From contig JAFRWU010000103.1 in NCBI GenBank assembly GCA_017441705.1, forward strand, positions 3,081 through 67,080: 64,000 nt of DNA. Direction: 5' to 3'. Origin of the DNA: Clostridia bacterium. Lineage in GTDB: Bacteria; Bacillota; Clostridia; Oscillospirales; QAMX01. The notes under the pieces are model-generated. The model was given only the letters and a program-made list of their open reading frames with translations, did no database searches and was not told the DNA's origin. This document shows, piece by piece, positions 46,588-56,984 of the stretch (position 1 is its first letter; every line of letters begins with the position of its first letter). The position numbers and the translations under genes are program-made.

Positions 46588-47706
46588 TTATTCACTGTAA
46601 GTCTGGCCTTTGATCAGGATGCGCGGACGGTCGGGCTCGCCGATGATCTTCGCGCCTGCGGTCACGCGCACGTCCTTGTCGGTGATGACGTAGCGGAGCT
46701 CGGCGCCGTCTTCGACGACGCTGTCCGGCATGACGATGCTGGATACGATCCGGGATCCCTTTCCCAGCTTGACGCGGCGGAAAATGATGCTCTGATGGAC
46801 CGTGCCTCCCACGGAGGAACCGTCGGCGATCAGACTTTCCTTCACGTCGGAATCCAGACCGTAGAGCACCGGCACGTCGGCATAGGTCTTGGTGAAGATG
46901 TGACCGTACCGGAAGAAGACGTCACGGCGCACGTCGCTTTTCAGAAGATCCATGCTGGCGTTGTAATAATCGCTGCGCGTGCGGATCTTGGCCACGTATC
47001 CCTCGTGATCGAAAACGCCGATCTTCAGGTTTTCCATCAGGCGCGGGATCATGTCGTTGTCAAAATATTTGTAATTGTTGAGCTTCGCGGCTACGGTCAG
47101 ATCCAGAAGGAGACTGCGCTTCATGACGCAGACCCCGACCGAAAGCCTTTCGGCCGCGGGATCGTCGGCTTTGAGGATCTCGGTGACGCGGCCGTTCCCG
47201 TCGGTCCGGAGGCCGGTTTTGAAGGAGCCGTGATGATTGATCCCGGCGCACCGGACGGTCAGATAGGTGATGTCGTCGCCGTTTTCCATGTACGCTTCCC
47301 AGAGACCGTCCAGATCGGCGTTGCCCACCACGTCCGGCTCGCACAGGAAAACGTATTCGGCGTGGTTGTTGCGCAGATAGGATTCCGATCCGATCAGAGC
47401 CTTCAGCTTGGTATCGTAAGGGGTTTCCTGATCAAAGGCGAAGGGAGGCAGGAAGGTCAGGCCTCCGGAACGGCGGTCCAGATCCCAGTCCCGGGCTGTG
47501 CCGATGTGATCCAGAAGCGACTGATACTTTTCGCGTACGGCGACGCCGACGGTATCCACGCCGCTGTTGACGAGATTTGAAAGAGTGAAGTCGATCAGGC
47601 GGTACCGGGCGCCGAAGGGCAGCGCGCCTACCGAACGGACCGCCGTAAAGAGATCCATGGTGGAATTGTCGATATTGGCAAATACCAGAGCAAAGCTGTT
47701 TGTCAC
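46588..47706 (-). CDS. glgD: Glucose-1-phosphate adenylyltransferase, GlgD subunit
   Basis: 372 aa. It is a GlgC paralogue lacking the GGxGxRL loop (GALPFGARYRLIDFTLSN) and lies downstream of glgC as in Firmicutes. Confidence 0.85.
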   Translation of the reverse strand: MTNSFALVFANIDNSTMDLFTAVRSVGALPFGARYRLIDFTLSNLVNSGVDTVGVAVREKYQSLLDHIGTARDWDLDRRSGGLTFLPPFAFDQETPYDTKLKALIGSESYLRNNHAEYVFLCEPDVVGNADLDGLWEAYMENGDDITYLTVRCAGINHHGSFKTGLRTDGNGRVTEILKADDPAAERLSVGVCVMKRSLLLDLTVAAKLNNYKYFDNDMIPRLMENLKIGVFDHEGYVAKIRTRSDYYNASMDLLKSDVRRDVFFRYGHIFTKTYADVPVLYGLDSDVKESLIADGSSVGGTVHQSIIFRRVKLGKGSRIVSSIVMPDSVVEDGAELRYVITDKDVRVTAGAKIIGEPDRPRILIKGQTYSE

Positions 47707-47712
47707 GATCCC

Positions 47713-48930
47713 TCACTCCTTTTCCGGAACGTCTTCAAAGACGACCTTTTTGCAGGGGACCGTCGCGCCGTCCCCGATCGTCAGATCGTAGCCGATCACC
47801 GAGATCCCCCATTTGTCTCTGTCGGGGTAATCCTCGGGGCGGGCGCCGACCCGTGCGTTCTTCCCGATATGGACGCCGGAGCCGACGATGGCGTACTGCA
47901 CCACCGCGCCTTCTTCGATGACGGCGTCCGGCATGATCACGCTGTCCTGCACCATCGCGCCTTTCTTCACCGTGACGCCGGTGGAAAGCACCGTGAAGTC
48001 CACGTTGCCGTATACCTCGCATCCTTCGCTGACGAAGGAATTGGTGATGACCGCGTCCTGAGAGATGTACTGCGGCGGAAGAGCCTGGGTCTTCATGAAA
48101 ATGCGGAAGGTCGGATCGTCCAGACTCATGGGGATGCTGGGATTGATCAGATCCATGTTGGCGTCCCAGAGGCTGTCGAGGGTCCCGACGTCCTTCCAGT
48201 AGCCTTCGAACTGATACGTGAACATCCTGGCGCCTTCTCCGAGGAGCATGGGCAGCACGTTTTTGCCGAAATCGTTTTCCGAATCCGGATCCGCTTCGTC
48301 CCGGAGCAGAGCGTCTTTCAGGACCTTCCAGGAGAAGAGATATACGCCCATGCTGGCGCAGGTGGAGCGCGGGTTCTTCGGCTTCTCCTCGAACTCAGTG
48401 ATCCGGCCGGTCTCGTCGCTGATCACGATACCGAAGCGGGACGCCTCGTCCCGGGGCACGTTGATCACCGAGATGGTGACGTCGGCCTTGTTCTTTTTGT
48501 GGGCGGCGATCATGCGGGAATAATCCATTTTGTAGATGTGGTCGCCGGAAAGGACCAGAACGTATTCCGGGGAGAATTCGTCGATGAATTCCAGGTTCTG
48601 GCAGATGGCGTTGGCGGTCCCGCGGTACCAGGAGGAGGATTTGGCCCTGGCGTAAGGCGGCAGGATATGCACGCCGCCGTTATACCGGTCCAGTCCCCAC
48701 GCGCGTCCGCTGCCCACGTACTTGATCAGCTCCAGCGGCTGATACTGGGTCAGAACGCCCACCGTATCGATGCCGGAATTGATGCAGTTGGACAGGGTAA
48801 AATCAATGATCCGATACTTCCCGCCGAAGTGCACGGCGGGTTTGGCGACTTTTTTGGTCAGGACTTCAAGGCGGCTGCCTTGCCCGCCCGCCAGAAGCAT
48901 GGCAACGCACTCTTTGTTGTGCCGCATCAT
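47713..48930 (-). CDS. glgC: Glucose-1-phosphate adenylyltransferase
   Basis: 405 aa with LAGGQGSRL and [14 protein letters not shown] motifs. Confidence 0.95.
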   Translation of the reverse strand: MMRHNKECVAMLLAGGQGSRLEVLTKKVAKPAVHFGGKYRIIDFTLSNCINSGIDTVGVLTQYQPLELIKYVGSGRAWGLDRYNGGVHILPPYARAKSSSWYRGTANAICQNLEFIDEFSPEYVLVLSGDHIYKMDYSRMIAAHKKNKADVTISVINVPRDEASRFGIVISDETGRITEFEEKPKNPRSTCASMGVYLFSWKVLKDALLRDEADPDSENDFGKNVLPMLLGEGARMFTYQFEGYWKDVGTLDSLWDANMDLINPSIPMSLDDPTFRIFMKTQALPPQYISQDAVITNSFVSEGCEVYGNVDFTVLSTGVTVKKGAMVQDSVIMPDAVIEEGAVVQYAIVGSGVHIGKNARVGARPEDYPDRDKWGISVIGYDLTIGDGATVPCKKVVFEDVPEKE

Positions 48931-50909
48931 GATTCAACACCTCTTTTGCGATTCAGTTTATGATGGGAGGATCCTCCGGGATCGGACTCCGGGGAGCTTT
49001 GCACTTCAAAAAACAGCGCGGACAGGGGAGGGATATCCAGCGTGACGTGCCAGGGCAATCCGTGCATCGGACCTTCCTCCGCGGTAAGCGGCGGATTTTC
49101 CAGACCGGTGCCTCCGTAAAGGAGCTTGTTGGAGGTGAAGACTTCCCGGTAAACGCCGGGAGAGGGAACCCCGAGCCGGTAACCCCGCCGTTCCACCGGC
49201 GTGAAATGCAGGACGGCGATGATTTCCTTCTGATCGTCGGCGATGCGCCGGAAGGCGATGACGCCGGACTCCCGGTCGTCGGGGGAGATCCACTGGTAGC
49301 CGCCCCAGTCGCAGTCGTTCTGCCAGAAAGCCTCATGCTCCAGATAGAAGAAATTCAGGTCCCGCATATACGTATGGAATCCGTTGTGGGAAGGATATTG
49401 GAGCAGGAAATAATCCAGCCCTTTCGAGGGCGCCCATTCGATGAACTGGGCGATCTCGTTGCCCATAAAGGAAAGCTTTTTGCCCGGATGGGCCATCATA
49501 TAGGCGAAAAGCAGGCGGAGATTCGAGAATTTGTCGTTATAGAGTCCCGCCATCTTGTTGACGAGAGAGAGCTTCCCGTGCACGACCTCGTCGTGGGAGA
49601 GAGGAAGGATGTAATGCTCCGAAAAAGCGTAGGACATGGAGAAGGTCAGCTTGTCGTGGTTGTTCTTCCGGAAATAGGGGTCCAGCTTGAGATAATCCAG
49701 CGTGTCGTGCATCCATCCCATGTTCCATTTGAAATCGAAGCCGAGGCCGCCGTTCTTCGTGTCGGCGGTGACGCCCCACCAGGAGGTCGCCTCCTCGGCC
49801 ATGGTCAGGGCGTCGGGATGCTCCTCGTGCACCGCGTCGTTGAGAAGCCTGAGGAAGGCGATGGAATCGCGGTTTTCATTGCCGCCGTTCTCGTTGGGGA
49901 ACCATTCGCCCGCCTTCCGCGCGTAATCCAGATACAGCATGCTGGACACGGCGTCGATGCGGATACCGTCGATGTGGTAGACCTCCAGCCAGAAGATCAC
50001 GTTGGAGATCAGGAAGGAACGCACGCCGTTCTTGCCGTGATCGAAGACGCGGGTGGTCCATTCGGGGTGCTCTGCCTTCCAGTCCTCTCCGTATTCGTAA
50101 AGACGCGTGCCGTCGAATTCGTAAAGGCCGTATTCGTCCTTCGGAAAGTGCGCGCCGACCCAGTCGACGAACACGCCGATCCCCGCCTTGTGGCATGCGT
50201 CGACGAAATACATAAAATCCTTCGGCTCGCCGTAGCGGGAGGTCGGGGCGTAGTATCCGGTCACCTGATACCCCCAGGAATCGTCCAGCGGGTATTCGGA
50301 CACCGGCATAAGTTCCAGATGCGTGTAGCCCATGGATTTTATGTAGGGGATCAGCTCCTCCGCCAGCTTCCGGTAGGAAAAGGGCTTGCCGTTTTCGTAG
50401 GTTTTCCAGCTTCCCGGATGCAATTCGTAAATATTCATGGGGGAGGATTGGGGATCGGTCCGTTTGCGGAAACGCATCCACGCGCCGTCGCCCCAGGCGA
50501 AGCGGGAAACGTCGTAAGTTTTGCTGGCGTTGCCGGGGCGGGTCTCGCTGTGGAAAGCGAAGGGATCGCTCTTGAGAACGACTTTTCCGCCCTTCTGCCG
50601 GACGGCGTATTTGTAAAGATCGAATTCCCGGATCCCGTCGGAAAAGGCGTACCAGAATTCATCGTGGATCCGCGTCATGGGGAGCGCGTCTTCCTTCCAG
50701 CCGTTGAATTCGCCGACGATGCTCACGCCTTCGGCAGCCGGGGCCCAGAGCAGAAACTGCCAGCCCTTCCGGCCGTCTTTTTTCGCGGGATGGGCGCCGA
50801 GAAACTCGTATGCCCGGCGGTTGGTGCCCTCTTTGTACAGGTAAACGGGAAGCGACAGATGAGAAAGAAGCTCCTGATCGATATGGGATTCCGGCATCCG
50901 TCGAATCAC
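48927..50909 (-). CDS. glgB: 1,4-alpha-glucan branching enzyme
   Basis: About 660 aa with a GH13 catalytic core (GIRIDAV, EEATSW). The start is GTG 50909 or ATG 50897. Confidence 0.9.
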   Translation of the reverse strand: MIRRMPESHIDQELLSHLSLPVYLYKEGTNRRAYEFLGAHPAKKDGRKGWQFLLWAPAAEGVSIVGEFNGWKEDALPMTRIHDEFWYAFSDGIREFDLYKYAVRQKGGKVVLKSDPFAFHSETRPGNASKTYDVSRFAWGDGAWMRFRKRTDPQSSPMNIYELHPGSWKTYENGKPFSYRKLAEELIPYIKSMGYTHLELMPVSEYPLDDSWGYQVTGYYAPTSRYGEPKDFMYFVDACHKAGIGVFVDWVGAHFPKDEYGLYEFDGTRLYEYGEDWKAEHPEWTTRVFDHGKNGVRSFLISNVIFWLEVYHIDGIRIDAVSSMLYLDYARKAGEWFPNENGGNENRDSIAFLRLLNDAVHEEHPDALTMAEEATSWWGVTADTKNGGLGFDFKWNMGWMHDTLDYLKLDPYFRKNNHDKLTFSMSYAFSEHYILPLSHDEVVHGKLSLVNKMAGLYNDKFSNLRLLFAYMMAHPGKKLSFMGNEIAQFIEWAPSKGLDYFLLQYPSHNGFHTYMRDLNFFYLEHEAFWQNDCDWGGYQWISPDDRESGVIAFRRIADDQKEIIAVLHFTPVERRGYRLGVPSPGVYREVFTSNKLLYGGTGLENPPLTAEEGPMHGLPWHVTLDIPPLSALFFEVQSSPESDPGGSSHHKLNRKRGVES

Positions 50910-51007
50910 CAGCCTTTCGGGGATCTGATTTGTCAGAAAATATTATACAACAAATCCGTGGGAAATGGAAGATGCGATTGTGCATTTTTTCGAGTTTTTT
51001 TCAAGAC

Positions 51008-51036
51008 TTGCATATGAACATGGCTCGGTGTATAAT
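51008..51036 (+). promoter_or_regulatory. Promoter of the radical-SAM operon
   Basis: TTGCAT, 17 nt, TATAAT. Confidence 0.55.
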
Positions 51037-51074
51037 GGGTGCGTGAAAAAACCGGCGGAAACGAGGATGAAAAA

Positions 51075-52919
51075 GTGGATCTGATCGAAAAATACCCGGC
51101 GCTGGGGGAAATCCTGCCGACCGTGGAAAAACCGGCGCGCTATATCGGCGGCGAATACGGACAGATCGTCAAGGAAGACGCCGCGCTTTCGCTGGTTTTC
51201 TGCTTCCCGGATACCTACGAGATCGGCATGTCCCATCTGGGCATGCGCATCCTGGTCGGACTCTATAACGATACCGAAGACGTCAGGTGCGAACGCGCCT
51301 ACGCGCCGTGGGTGGATATGGAGGCGAAGATGCGGGAAAAGGGGATCCCGCTCTATTCGCTGGAGACCGGAACGCCGCTGAAGGATTTCGACGCCGTGCT
51401 TTTTACCCTGCAGTACGAGCTTTGCTACACCAACGTGGTGAACATGCTGGATCTGGGCGGCGTCCATCCTCTCGCCGCCGAGCGCGGAGAGGACGAACCC
51501 GTGGTCATCGGCGGCGGGCCCTGCACCTTCAACGCCGAGCCGCTTGCGGATTTCTTCGATATTTTCATCATCGGCGAGGGGGAGGAGGTCAACCGGGAAC
51601 TGGCGCTGCTCGAGCTTGCCTGCAAGCGGGAGAAAGTATCCAAAAAAGAGTTCCTCCGCCGCGCCGCGAAGATCGGCGGCGTTTACGTCCCCTCTCTTTA
51701 TGAGATCGGGTACCATCCGGACGGGACGCTTTCCTCCGTCACGCCGAAGGACGGCGCGCCGGAACAGGTGACGAAAAGGATCGTTTCGGACCTGGATCAT
51801 ATGTATTTCCCGAAATCCTTCACGGTACCCACCACCGAGGCGGTCCACGACCGGGCGATGGTGGAGCTGTTCCGCGGCTGCATCCGCGGATGCCGCTTCT
51901 GCCAGGCGGGGCACACCTGGCGCCCGCTGCGCCGGAAAAAGCCCGAGACCGTCCTGCGTCAGGCCAGGGAGCATATTTCCTATTCAGGCTGCGAGGAGAT
52001 CAACCTGCTCTCGCTTTCCTCCAGCGATTACCGGGATCTGGAGACCCTGTGCGACGAGCTTCTGGAATTCAGCGAGCCCAAGGGCGTCGGCATTTCCCTG
52101 CCGTCGCTCAGGGCGGACAGCTTCTCGGTGGAGCTCCTGGAAAAGCTGCAGAGGGTGAAAAAGAGCGGCCTGACCTTTGCGCCGGAGGCAGGCACCCAGC
52201 GTCTGCGCGACGTCATCAACAAGAACATCACCGAAGAGGCGATCCTCAACGCCTGCGGCATGGCCTTCGCGGCAGGCTGGAACGGCGTCAAGCTTTACTT
52301 CATGATGGGTCTGCCCACCGAGACGAAGGAGGATCTCAAGGGAATCGCCGAAATGTCGGATCACGTGCTTTACACCTGGCGGCAGAAGGCGGCCAACAAG
52401 AACCGCGGCGTGAAGATCACGGTCAGCACCTCGAGCTTTGTCCCCAAGCCCTTTACCCCCTTCCAGTGGGCGGCGCAGGACACCGAGGCGGCGCTTCGGG
52501 AAAAGATCTCCTTCCTGCGTGACAACATCCACGCGAAATCGGTCGCCTACTCCTGGCACGAACCGAAGGTCTCCAAGCTGGAAAGCGTGTTCGCCCGGGG
52601 CGACAGGAAGCTGGGACGGGCGATCCATGAGGCGTGGAAGCGCGGATGCCGGTTCGACGGATGGGATGAACAGATGAAGTACGACGTCTGGCAGGCGGTC
52701 CTTTCGGATCTTTCCCTGGACTTCGATTTCTACGCCACCCGCGCCCGCGGAGAGACGGAGATCCTGCCCTGGGACATGATCGACGTGGGCGTGACGAAGA
52801 AATACCTCCTGGCGGGATGGCACGACGCGCTCCGGGGGATCCCCTGGCCCGACTGCCGGGAAAAATGCTCCAACTGCGGCGCGCGCCGGCTCAACAACGG
52901 CGTCTGCGTCACCGATTGA
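51075..52919 (+). CDS. B12-binding-domain radical SAM protein, TIGR03960-like
   Basis: GTG start at 51075 (GAGGA 8 nt upstream). It has EKPARYIGGEYG at the N-terminus and the radical SAM cluster motif CIRGCRFC. Confidence 0.75.
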   Translation: MDLIEKYPALGEILPTVEKPARYIGGEYGQIVKEDAALSLVFCFPDTYEIGMSHLGMRILVGLYNDTEDVRCERAYAPWVDMEAKMREKGIPLYSLETGTPLKDFDAVLFTLQYELCYTNVVNMLDLGGVHPLAAERGEDEPVVIGGGPCTFNAEPLADFFDIFIIGEGEEVNRELALLELACKREKVSKKEFLRRAAKIGGVYVPSLYEIGYHPDGTLSSVTPKDGAPEQVTKRIVSDLDHMYFPKSFTVPTTEAVHDRAMVELFRGCIRGCRFCQAGHTWRPLRRKKPETVLRQAREHISYSGCEEINLLSLSSSDYRDLETLCDELLEFSEPKGVGISLPSLRADSFSVELLEKLQRVKKSGLTFAPEAGTQRLRDVINKNITEEAILNACGMAFAAGWNGVKLYFMMGLPTETKEDLKGIAEMSDHVLYTWRQKAANKNRGVKITVSTSSFVPKPFTPFQWAAQDTEAALREKISFLRDNIHAKSVAYSWHEPKVSKLESVFARGDRKLGRAIHEAWKRGCRFDGWDEQMKYDVWQAVLSDLSLDFDFYATRARGETEILPWDMIDVGVTKKYLLAGWHDALRGIPWPDCREKCSNCGARRLNNGVCVTD

Positions 52920-52931
52920 GAGGAAGAAGCG

Positions 52932-53585
52932 ATGGAAGAAGAAAAGGTCAAAACCAGACTCCGCTTTCAAAAGGTCGGCGCGGCGGCGTTTATTTCCCAT
53001 CTCGATCTGATGCGCACCCTCGGGCGCGCCCTTTCACGCGCAGAGATCCCGGCGGCAAAAACCAACGGATACAATCCGCACGCGTATATTTCCATTCCCT
53101 GCGCCTTGTCTCTGGGGTATGAGGGGACGCGCGAAATGGCCGAGATCGGTCTGCCTCCCGGCTTTGATCCCGGATGGATCCCCGAAAGGATCAATCCGGT
53201 CCTGCCGAAGGGGATCCTCGTCACGGAGGCCTATCCCATCGCCAGAAAGAGCGCGGAGATCGCGTTTGCCGAATACGATCTCATCCTGGAACGGGGGAAG
53301 GAAGGCGGCGCGCGGGCGGCGGAGCTTCTCCGGGCTTCCCCTCTGGTCGTATTGAAAAAGAGCAAAAGACGCGAGGAGGAAACCGATATCGCGCCCCTGA
53401 TCCGCAGGATCGAGCCCGCAGAGTATGGCTTTCGGGCGACGGTCGCCTGTTCCGCATCGGAAAACCTGAATCCGCGGCTCCTTTCGGAGGCTCTGAAAAA
53501 GCTTGCTCCGGACGAGACCTTCCGCGTCAGGATGACCCGGCGCGGACGATTTTTCGATCAGACGGCAGAGGAGGAATTCCTGTAA
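52932..53585 (+). CDS. TIGR03936/DUF2344 radical-SAM-associated protein
   Basis: 217 aa beginning RLRFQKVGAAAFISHLDLMRTLGRALSRA. It is the usual partner of TIGR03960 proteins. Confidence 0.7.
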   Translation: MEEEKVKTRLRFQKVGAAAFISHLDLMRTLGRALSRAEIPAAKTNGYNPHAYISIPCALSLGYEGTREMAEIGLPPGFDPGWIPERINPVLPKGILVTEAYPIARKSAEIAFAEYDLILERGKEGGARAAELLRASPLVVLKKSKRREEETDIAPLIRRIEPAEYGFRATVACSASENLNPRLLSEALKKLAPDETFRVRMTRRGRFFDQTAEEEFL

Positions 53586-53586
53586 T

Positions 53587-54288
53587 ATGAGGAAAAGCAT
53601 CCTGAAAAGAAGAATGTCCCGCAGAAAGAGAAAGCAGCTCTATACCGCGATCGGATTTGCGGGGGCGGCCGTCCTCCTTCTGGCGGCGATCGCCCTTGTG
53701 ATCGTGCTCACCCGACCGGGGGAGAGCGCGGAACCCGGAACGATCCGGGCGCCCGATTACGTGACGGAGGACTTCCTGGTGAAAAACGAGTATTCCCGGC
53801 CGGGAAAGCCTCTGGAAAAGGTCAACGGCATCGTGATCCATTACGTGGGGAATCCCAACACAACGGCGAAAAACAACCGAAACTACTTCAACAATCTTCC
53901 GAAGATCAATCTGAAAAACAAGACGGAGGTTTACGCCTCGGCCCATTTCATCGTGGGTCTGGAAGGGGAGATCATACAGTGCATTCCCCTTTCAGAGATC
54001 GCCTACGCCTCCAATACCCGCAACAGCGATACGATCGCCATCGAAAACTGCCACCCCGACGAGACCGGCGAATTCAACGGGAAGACCTACGCGTCGCTGG
54101 TAAAGCTCGCCGGCTGGCTCTGCTATACCTACGATCTGAAGGAGGATCAGGTGATCCGCCATTACGATGTGAAGGGAAAGCTCTGCCCCCTGTATTACGT
54201 GGAGCACGAGGATGCGTGGCTGCAGCTGAAGGCCGATATCATGGCGGAAAAAGAAGCTCTTGTGAAAGAAGCGGAGACGGGACGATAA
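53587..54288 (+). CDS. Membrane-anchored N-acetylmuramoyl-L-alanine amidase (Amidase_2/PGRP)
   Basis: 233 aa with an N-terminal TM. Motifs are [11 protein letters not shown]...HFIVG...AYAS...IENCH...H.D....CP. Confidence 0.75.
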   Translation: MRKSILKRRMSRRKRKQLYTAIGFAGAAVLLLAAIALVIVLTRPGESAEPGTIRAPDYVTEDFLVKNEYSRPGKPLEKVNGIVIHYVGNPNTTAKNNRNYFNNLPKINLKNKTEVYASAHFIVGLEGEIIQCIPLSEIAYASNTRNSDTIAIENCHPDETGEFNGKTYASLVKLAGWLCYTYDLKEDQVIRHYDVKGKLCPLYYVEHEDAWLQLKADIMAEKEALVKEAETGR

Positions 54289-54325
54289 TCTTTTTTTGAA
54301 AAACCCGTTTTTTCTGAAAAAAAGC

Positions 54326-54354
54326 TTGCAAAAGCCGCTCCGCGGTGATATAAT
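54326..54354 (+). promoter_or_regulatory. Promoter of rplS
   Basis: TTGCAA, 17 nt, TGaTATAAT (extended -10). The leader of about 85 nt can fold (AAGCG...CGCTT). Confidence 0.6.
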
Positions 54355-54445
54355 ATCCAAGCGCGTTGAAACGCAGACAAAGCGGTCCTCTGCCCGGCCT
54401 GTGCTCCTGAGGCATGAACGCTTGAAGGAAAGGAGACCCATCGAT

Positions 54446-54796
54446 ATGGATCTTATCAAAGCATTGACTCAGGATCAGGTCAGAAAGGACTATCCCGATT
54501 TTCGCATCGGCGATACCATCCGCCTCATGATCAAGATCAAGGAAGGCAACCGCGAAAGACTTCAGGCTTTCGAAGGAACCGTCATCGCCCGCAAGCACGG
54601 CGGCATCTCGGAGACCATTACCGTTCGCCGCGTTTCTTACGGCATCGGTGTGGAAAAGACCTTCCCGCTTTCTTCTCCCTCCATCGCCAGCATCGACATC
54701 GTCCGCAAGGGCCGCGTCAGAAGAGCGAAGCTTTACTACCTCCGCAAGAGAGTCGGCAAAGCCGCCAAGGTCAAGGAGAAGGTTCTCGAAGCGTAA
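54446..54796 (+). CDS. rplS: 50S ribosomal protein L19
   Basis: The start was set at [11 protein letters not shown] (GAAAGGAGA SD). It contains FRIGDTIRL...[15 protein letters not shown]. Confidence 0.95.
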   Translation: MDLIKALTQDQVRKDYPDFRIGDTIRLMIKIKEGNRERLQAFEGTVIARKHGGISETITVRRVSYGIGVEKTFPLSSPSIASIDIVRKGRVRRAKLYYLRKRVGKAAKVKEKVLEA

Positions 54797-54837
54797 AAGC
54801 GATATGAGAAAATGCGTCCCCCGAAAGGGGACGGGAG

Positions 54838-54876
54838 ACACGGCGATCACCGGAACGGTGATCGCCGTGTTTTTTG
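54838..54876 (+). terminator. Intrinsic terminator of rplS
   Basis: 13-bp stem ACACGGCGATCAC/GTGATCGCCGTGT followed by TTTTTG. Confidence 0.8.
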
Positions 54877-54957
54877 CGTATACGGGAAAAGAGGGGAGAA
54901 GATCGAGCGCCGCAGGACGAGCCTTCGTCCACCCGACCGGCGAACGGTTTTCGATAT

Positions 54958-54992
54958 ACAAAAAGCCCGCCGGCGGGGATACCGCCGGCGGG
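54958..54992 (-). terminator. Intrinsic terminator of the ABC ATPase gene
   Basis: Stem CCCGCCGGCG/CGCCGGCGGG followed by CTTTTTGTAT on the minus strand. Confidence 0.65.
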
Positions 54993-55009
54993 TGGGATTG
55001 CAGTTCCGA

Positions 55010-56125
55010 TCAGTTGATGATGGTTTGCTCGGTTTCGATATCGAAGAGGTGAACGTGCGCGGTATCGAACGCGACCTTGACCTTATCGCCGGCGCGGGTG
55101 GTGGAGTGAGCCGACACGCGGGCGGTGAAGTTCTGACCTTCGGAAACGAAGTACAGATAGGTCTCGGAGCCGAGGGCTTCGACGACGTCGACCTGCGCTT
55201 CGACCAGGCAGTCAGGCAGCTGAGAAAGATACATGGGTTCGTCGTGGATATGCTCCGGACGGATACCGATGACGACCTTCTTGCCGGCGTAAGCCAGAAC
55301 GCGAGGATCGCGGCCCTTGGCTTCGGGCATCTTGATGGTGGTGCTTTCGCCGATATCCAGGTAGGTGCTGTCGCCTTCTACGCGGACGGTGCCCTCGATG
55401 GTGTTCATCTGCGGGGTACCGATGAAGGTGGCGACGAACTTGTTGCAAGGATTCTCGTAGAGTTCCTGCGGGGCGGCGACCTGCTGGATGAAGCCGTCGC
55501 TCATGACGACGATGCGGGTCGCCATGGTCATAGCCTCGGTCTGGTCGTGGGTCACGTAGATGAACGTGGTCTGCAGCTGATGATGCAGTCTGGAGAGCTC
55601 GGTCCTCATCTGGGCGCGCAGCTTCGCGTCGAGGTTGGACAGAGGTTCGTCAAGGAGGAAGACCTTCGGGCTGCGGACGATGGCGCGGCCGAGGGCGACA
55701 CGCTGACGCTGACCGCCGGAAAGAGCGGCAGGTTTGCGTTCGAGGAGGTGCTCGATGCCGAGGATCTGAGCGGCGGCGATGACGCGGCGCTTGATCTCAG
55801 CCTTGGGCATTCTGCGGATCTTCAGACCGAAAGCCATGTTGTCGAACACGGTCATGTGCGGATACAGAGCGTAGTTCTGGAACACCATCGCGATATCGCG
55901 ATCCTTCGGCGGAATATCGTTGACCAGACGGTCGTCGATATAGAGCTCGCCGTCGGAAATCTCTTCCAGACCGGCGATCATACGAAGAGTCGTGGATTTA
56001 CCGCAGCCGGACGGGCCGACCAGGATGATAAATTCCTTGTCTTCGATGTCAAGAGTAAAGTCGGAAACGGCGACGATACCCGCAGCATAGCGCTTATAGA
56101 TGTGAGAAAGCTTTAAGCTGGCCAT
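55010..56125 (-). CDS. Sugar ABC transporter ATP-binding protein (MsmX/MalK/UgpC family), stand-alone
   Basis: 371 aa with Walker A GPSGCGKST, signature LSGGQRQR, Walker B FLLDEPLS and a C-terminal TOBE/MalK regulatory domain. Confidence 0.85.
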   Translation of the reverse strand: MASLKLSHIYKRYAAGIVAVSDFTLDIEDKEFIILVGPSGCGKSTTLRMIAGLEEISDGELYIDDRLVNDIPPKDRDIAMVFQNYALYPHMTVFDNMAFGLKIRRMPKAEIKRRVIAAAQILGIEHLLERKPAALSGGQRQRVALGRAIVRSPKVFLLDEPLSNLDAKLRAQMRTELSRLHHQLQTTFIYVTHDQTEAMTMATRIVVMSDGFIQQVAAPQELYENPCNKFVATFIGTPQMNTIEGTVRVEGDSTYLDIGESTTIKMPEAKGRDPRVLAYAGKKVVIGIRPEHIHDEPMYLSQLPDCLVEAQVDVVEALGSETYLYFVSEGQNFTARVSAHSTTRAGDKVKVAFDTAHVHLFDIETEQTIIN

Positions 56126-56340
56126 GTGTTACCTCCATTTTTGAATGCTTCGGAGGAAAAATCCGCTTATTCCCCCGTTACGGATATGATAACACATCTT
56201 ATCTGAATAGTAAACGGCACTTGTCAACAAATCGACGGAAGAGTTTTTATATAATATGCCGATATATCCGTTCACGATCTGTTCACTTTCGTAGGGAAAA
56301 CGGCGCGGAAAAGCGGCGTTCCGCCGCCTTGCGGTGCGTT

Positions 56341-56916
56341 TTATTTCTCCGGCATGGTCTCGCTTTCGCTCTCCGGCGGGATTTCGGAAGAAGGCGCGGC
56401 GGGCTCCGAAGAAGGCTCGGCGTCGGCTGCGCCGATCCCGGCGCCTTCGGGCCGGGAGAATCCGTGCATATACCCGTCCGCTCTGGCGGTGGAAACGTCG
56501 CCGCCCGCCACCTTGCCGCGGTAGACCAGGACGTTGGCGAGGACGGTCTCGTTCTGGTCCGGGTAGTTGATGATCTCAAAGGTGTATCGGGTCATTTCCT
56601 TGCCTTTGTAGCGGGAAAGATCGAAGCCCTGGGCTTTCTGGATCGTATTGTAGTTTTCAAAGGTCGAATTCCATTCCTTCGGGATTACGATCTTCTCCTC
56701 CTTGCCGGAAGCGGACGTCTCCCAGCCGTAGCTTTCGAGAAAGGCGCGCACGCCTTCCGCGTCCTCCGCTTTCAGGCGGGAGGCGGTTTCCGCGGTCTCG
56801 TCCCCGGCGTCTTTATGGGGAAGCACGGCGTAAAGCACACCGGCGACCAGGGCGACGAAGGCTGCGCCGGCGGCAAGCAGCTTGACGGGATTGAGCTTCG
56901 TTGTGAAAACAAACAT
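56341..56916 (-). CDS. DUF4830 domain protein (N-terminal TM)
   Basis: The start was set at MFVFTTKLNPVKLL (GAGGTGG SD). It has the family pattern FLESYGWE...NYN.IQK.QGFDL..YKGK...RYT...GGD...DG.MHGF. Confidence 0.7.
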   Translation of the reverse strand: MFVFTTKLNPVKLLAAGAAFVALVAGVLYAVLPHKDAGDETAETASRLKAEDAEGVRAFLESYGWETSASGKEEKIVIPKEWNSTFENYNTIQKAQGFDLSRYKGKEMTRYTFEIINYPDQNETVLANVLVYRGKVAGGDVSTARADGYMHGFSRPEGAGIGAADAEPSSEPAAPSSEIPPESESETMPEK

Positions 56917-56918
56917 AA

Positions 56919-56964
56919 ATGACCACCTCATTTCATCGTCTGCACGATTATATGAGGTGGTCAT
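56919..56964 (-). promoter_or_regulatory. 13-bp perfect inverted repeat whose downstream arm contains the SD of the DUF4830 gene
   Basis: ATGACCACCTCAT-N20-ATGAGGTGGTCAT. On the mRNA strand the second arm ends 2 nt before the ATG and is followed by UUAUGUUUGUUUUC. Confidence 0.5.
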
Positions 56965-56984
56965 CGGGGATTAGAACGGAAAAA

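Noticed and set aside
54355-54445. Possible L19 ribosomal-protein leader upstream of rplS
   Set aside because: A foldable leader of about 85 nt exists, but I cannot verify a match to the known L19 leader structure by eye. It is therefore not called as an RNA feature.
56126-56340. Promoter and cre site upstream of the MsmX-like ATPase gene
   Set aside because: A TTGACA is present, but no acceptable -10 lies at 16-18 nt. The cre-like AGTAAACGGCACTT deviates from the consensus at key positions.
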